Part shown: positions 61,896 to 64,000 of the stretch, in pieces | Position numbering within the stretch: position 1 is the stretch's first letter | Layout: each line of letters opens with the position of its first letter | DNA from: Eledone cirrhosa | Taxonomy: Eukaryota | Length of the DNA: 64,000 bases | Direction: 5' to 3' | Assembly: GCA_964016885.1 (NCBI GenBank) | Contig: OZ024740.1 | Location: 53,258,001-53,322,000, forward strand | The notes under the pieces: model-generated | Database searches by the model: none | What the model saw: only the letters and a program-made list of their open reading frames with translations | Told to the model about the DNA's origin: nothing | Program-made: the position numbers and the translations under genes

Positions 61896-63833
61896 TATAT
61901 ATATATATATATAAGCAAAGAAAAAAATATCTATCTATCATATATATATATAATACACACATATATAATTTTATATAAACACACATCATGCATTCATATA
62001 TTGTATATTTTCTTTATTCATTAGAATCAATAGCCTTCGTCTATGATGTATCTAGACATTAGGAACGTAAGGCTTGCTTTGAAAGGGATTGTATGATGTA
62101 TGAGATTATATGACTCTTCACGATCACAAGAAAGATTAATCAATTTTTACCATTAAAGAATTTCAAGGAAGATACAAAAGAGAATAAGCATACCATCTTG
62201 CGATTGTATATTGAGTTCCCGGCAACCCCTAAGCGAATGACTATAATAGGTAGAGTATTTTTATCACTTTATATCTTTCAAATACAATTTGGCCGAAAGG
62301 TAAGGTGTCCATTCTTTGATAAGAATATCTTAGTGGTCAAATAGCAAAAGTTTACTGACAGCCAAGTTTCCGGGGTCAATGGATCAGACAGTAAGCGGAA
62401 ATAAGACGTTGACTGTCGGATTAGAGCGGTCTTCCTTATTTACGAACAATGGTTTGTAGACGTAGATCTACAGAACACGGCTCCCTGCTAACATCCTCGT
62501 GCATTGTATTAACAGTTGCTGCTTGTCTGGACCGGCATCAGTTGTATCCTCGGGACTATGTCTGGTCAGTGAAACTTAGAGGAGACTATAGCGACAAATT
62601 TTTCACGCCTTCATCCTCATTTCAGCTTCTTCAGTGTTTTGCTGATGTGTTACAGTTCCCTCGGCGAGGAGCCTGAATAGTAGATATTTTGCTGGTAGCT
62701 GATACTTACTTTTGTTTTTATTTTTTCTTATATATTCTTAATGAATAAAGTTTTTTTTTTCTTTCGCATCCTGTTAATAAAAGTAGATCAGGGATGAAAC
62801 ATCTGCAAATAGTGTATGTCCAATGCGGGTCACACTTGAGCCGTTGGCTTCACTTAGATATTGAGGTAGCACTACGAATCAAACTCGATGGGAAGTAAAA
62901 GGCATGAAAATCTGATTAAACATAACATAGGGGACATTTAGTTGCGAATGGTTTTATTCATTTTCCTATAGTCGTGACTTATAATTTGTATAATAATTAG
63001 TAGAGAAGTGACAACCTCAAAACATACGCAAACTAGCGCCACTACTGATGTAACTAAACAACCAATTAAGGGAAACAAATATTATAATTTCTATACTGAA
63101 ACGTAGCATTAACATGAATTGAAATAAAAATTTAACAGTAAGACGTCTTCAATCAATGCAGCAAATATATATAATTTATTTGCTCTCGGTGTATATCTTA
63201 GATCTTTGACAGTGAAGCTGCGCGCGCGCGTTTGTGTGTGTGTGTGTGTGTGTGAAATGGAATAATACATATTAATATAATTTTTATGGACAAATATCTC
63301 TAATGTTCTATCATATTCGATAATTGATATGGTTAATCTTTTATTTTATTTGGTCCATACACTAAGTTGTGTAACAACAAAACAATATATAGATTCACTT
63401 TCGGATCTGTTCTGATCATACAACAGACAACTTTAAATTTATCTTTCAAGATATTGATAACATATAGTCGCACACATAGCTGTGTGGATAAAGAATTCGC
63501 TTGGCAACCCCATGCTTCAGGGTTTACATATGTGTATGTTTCTATGTTTGTGTCATGTAACTAAGCAGTTCGACAACAGCGAAATCGTTAAAATAAGTAC
63601 CGGACTTGAAGTAATGAGTTCTAGATCAAGGCTGTGCATTAGCATGACCGTTAAAAGAATAAAGGAGTATCATACAACTAATTAAAATATAACTGTCGTC
63701 TGCTCCTGCATTAGTTACATTGGAAGGAATTTGAAATCTCAAACAAATTTACACTATTCAACCTCTTAGACATTGTGTGAATGTTTTTCAATGAAGAAAT
63801 CTTGATTGAAAATGAATACAATTAATTTTTAAC

Positions 63834-63897
<64 letters not shown>

Positions 63898-63916
63898 CAA
63901 TATATATATATATATA

Positions 63917-64000
63917 AAAAGATTCAGGAGCCTGACGGCTGAGCTCCAGCCGTTTCGACAGCTAGATTCGTTCGGGGTCCTGAATCTTTTCATATTACCT
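63917..64000. mobile_element. PLE-like tail fold-back with HHR 3' half (cut by window end)
   Basis: aaaagattcagga...gccgtttcgacagctag...tcctgaatctttt; same family as 21243, 35461 and 59277. Confidence 0.7.

Overview
AT-rich, repeat-saturated eukaryotic non-coding DNA, most consistent with a coleoid cephalopod (Octopus-like, inferred from the SINE and the microsatellite load). I cannot support any intact host gene, and nearly all listed ORFs are translations of (TA)n, (CA)n or (TATG)n tracts. The window holds decayed Penelope-like elements (PLEs; GIY-YIG remnants, one with an inverted pseudo-LTR), an R4/Dong-like restriction-endonuclease LINE 3' end, RTE fragments, a 600-bp non-autonomous RTE derivative, a non-autonomous Helitron, many SINEs and minisatellites. 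The main unexplained signal is a dense set of type I hammerhead ribozyme (HHR) motifs from many unrelated sequence families. About 10 have an intact CUGANGA/GAAA/UH core, and roughly as many more are degenerate or half motifs. They sit in short modules between (TA)n tracts. Many modules are fold-back palindromes whose apex lies in or beside the ribozyme helices. One module resembles a 455-bp retrozyme-like unit. All motifs were folded by eye, not computed.
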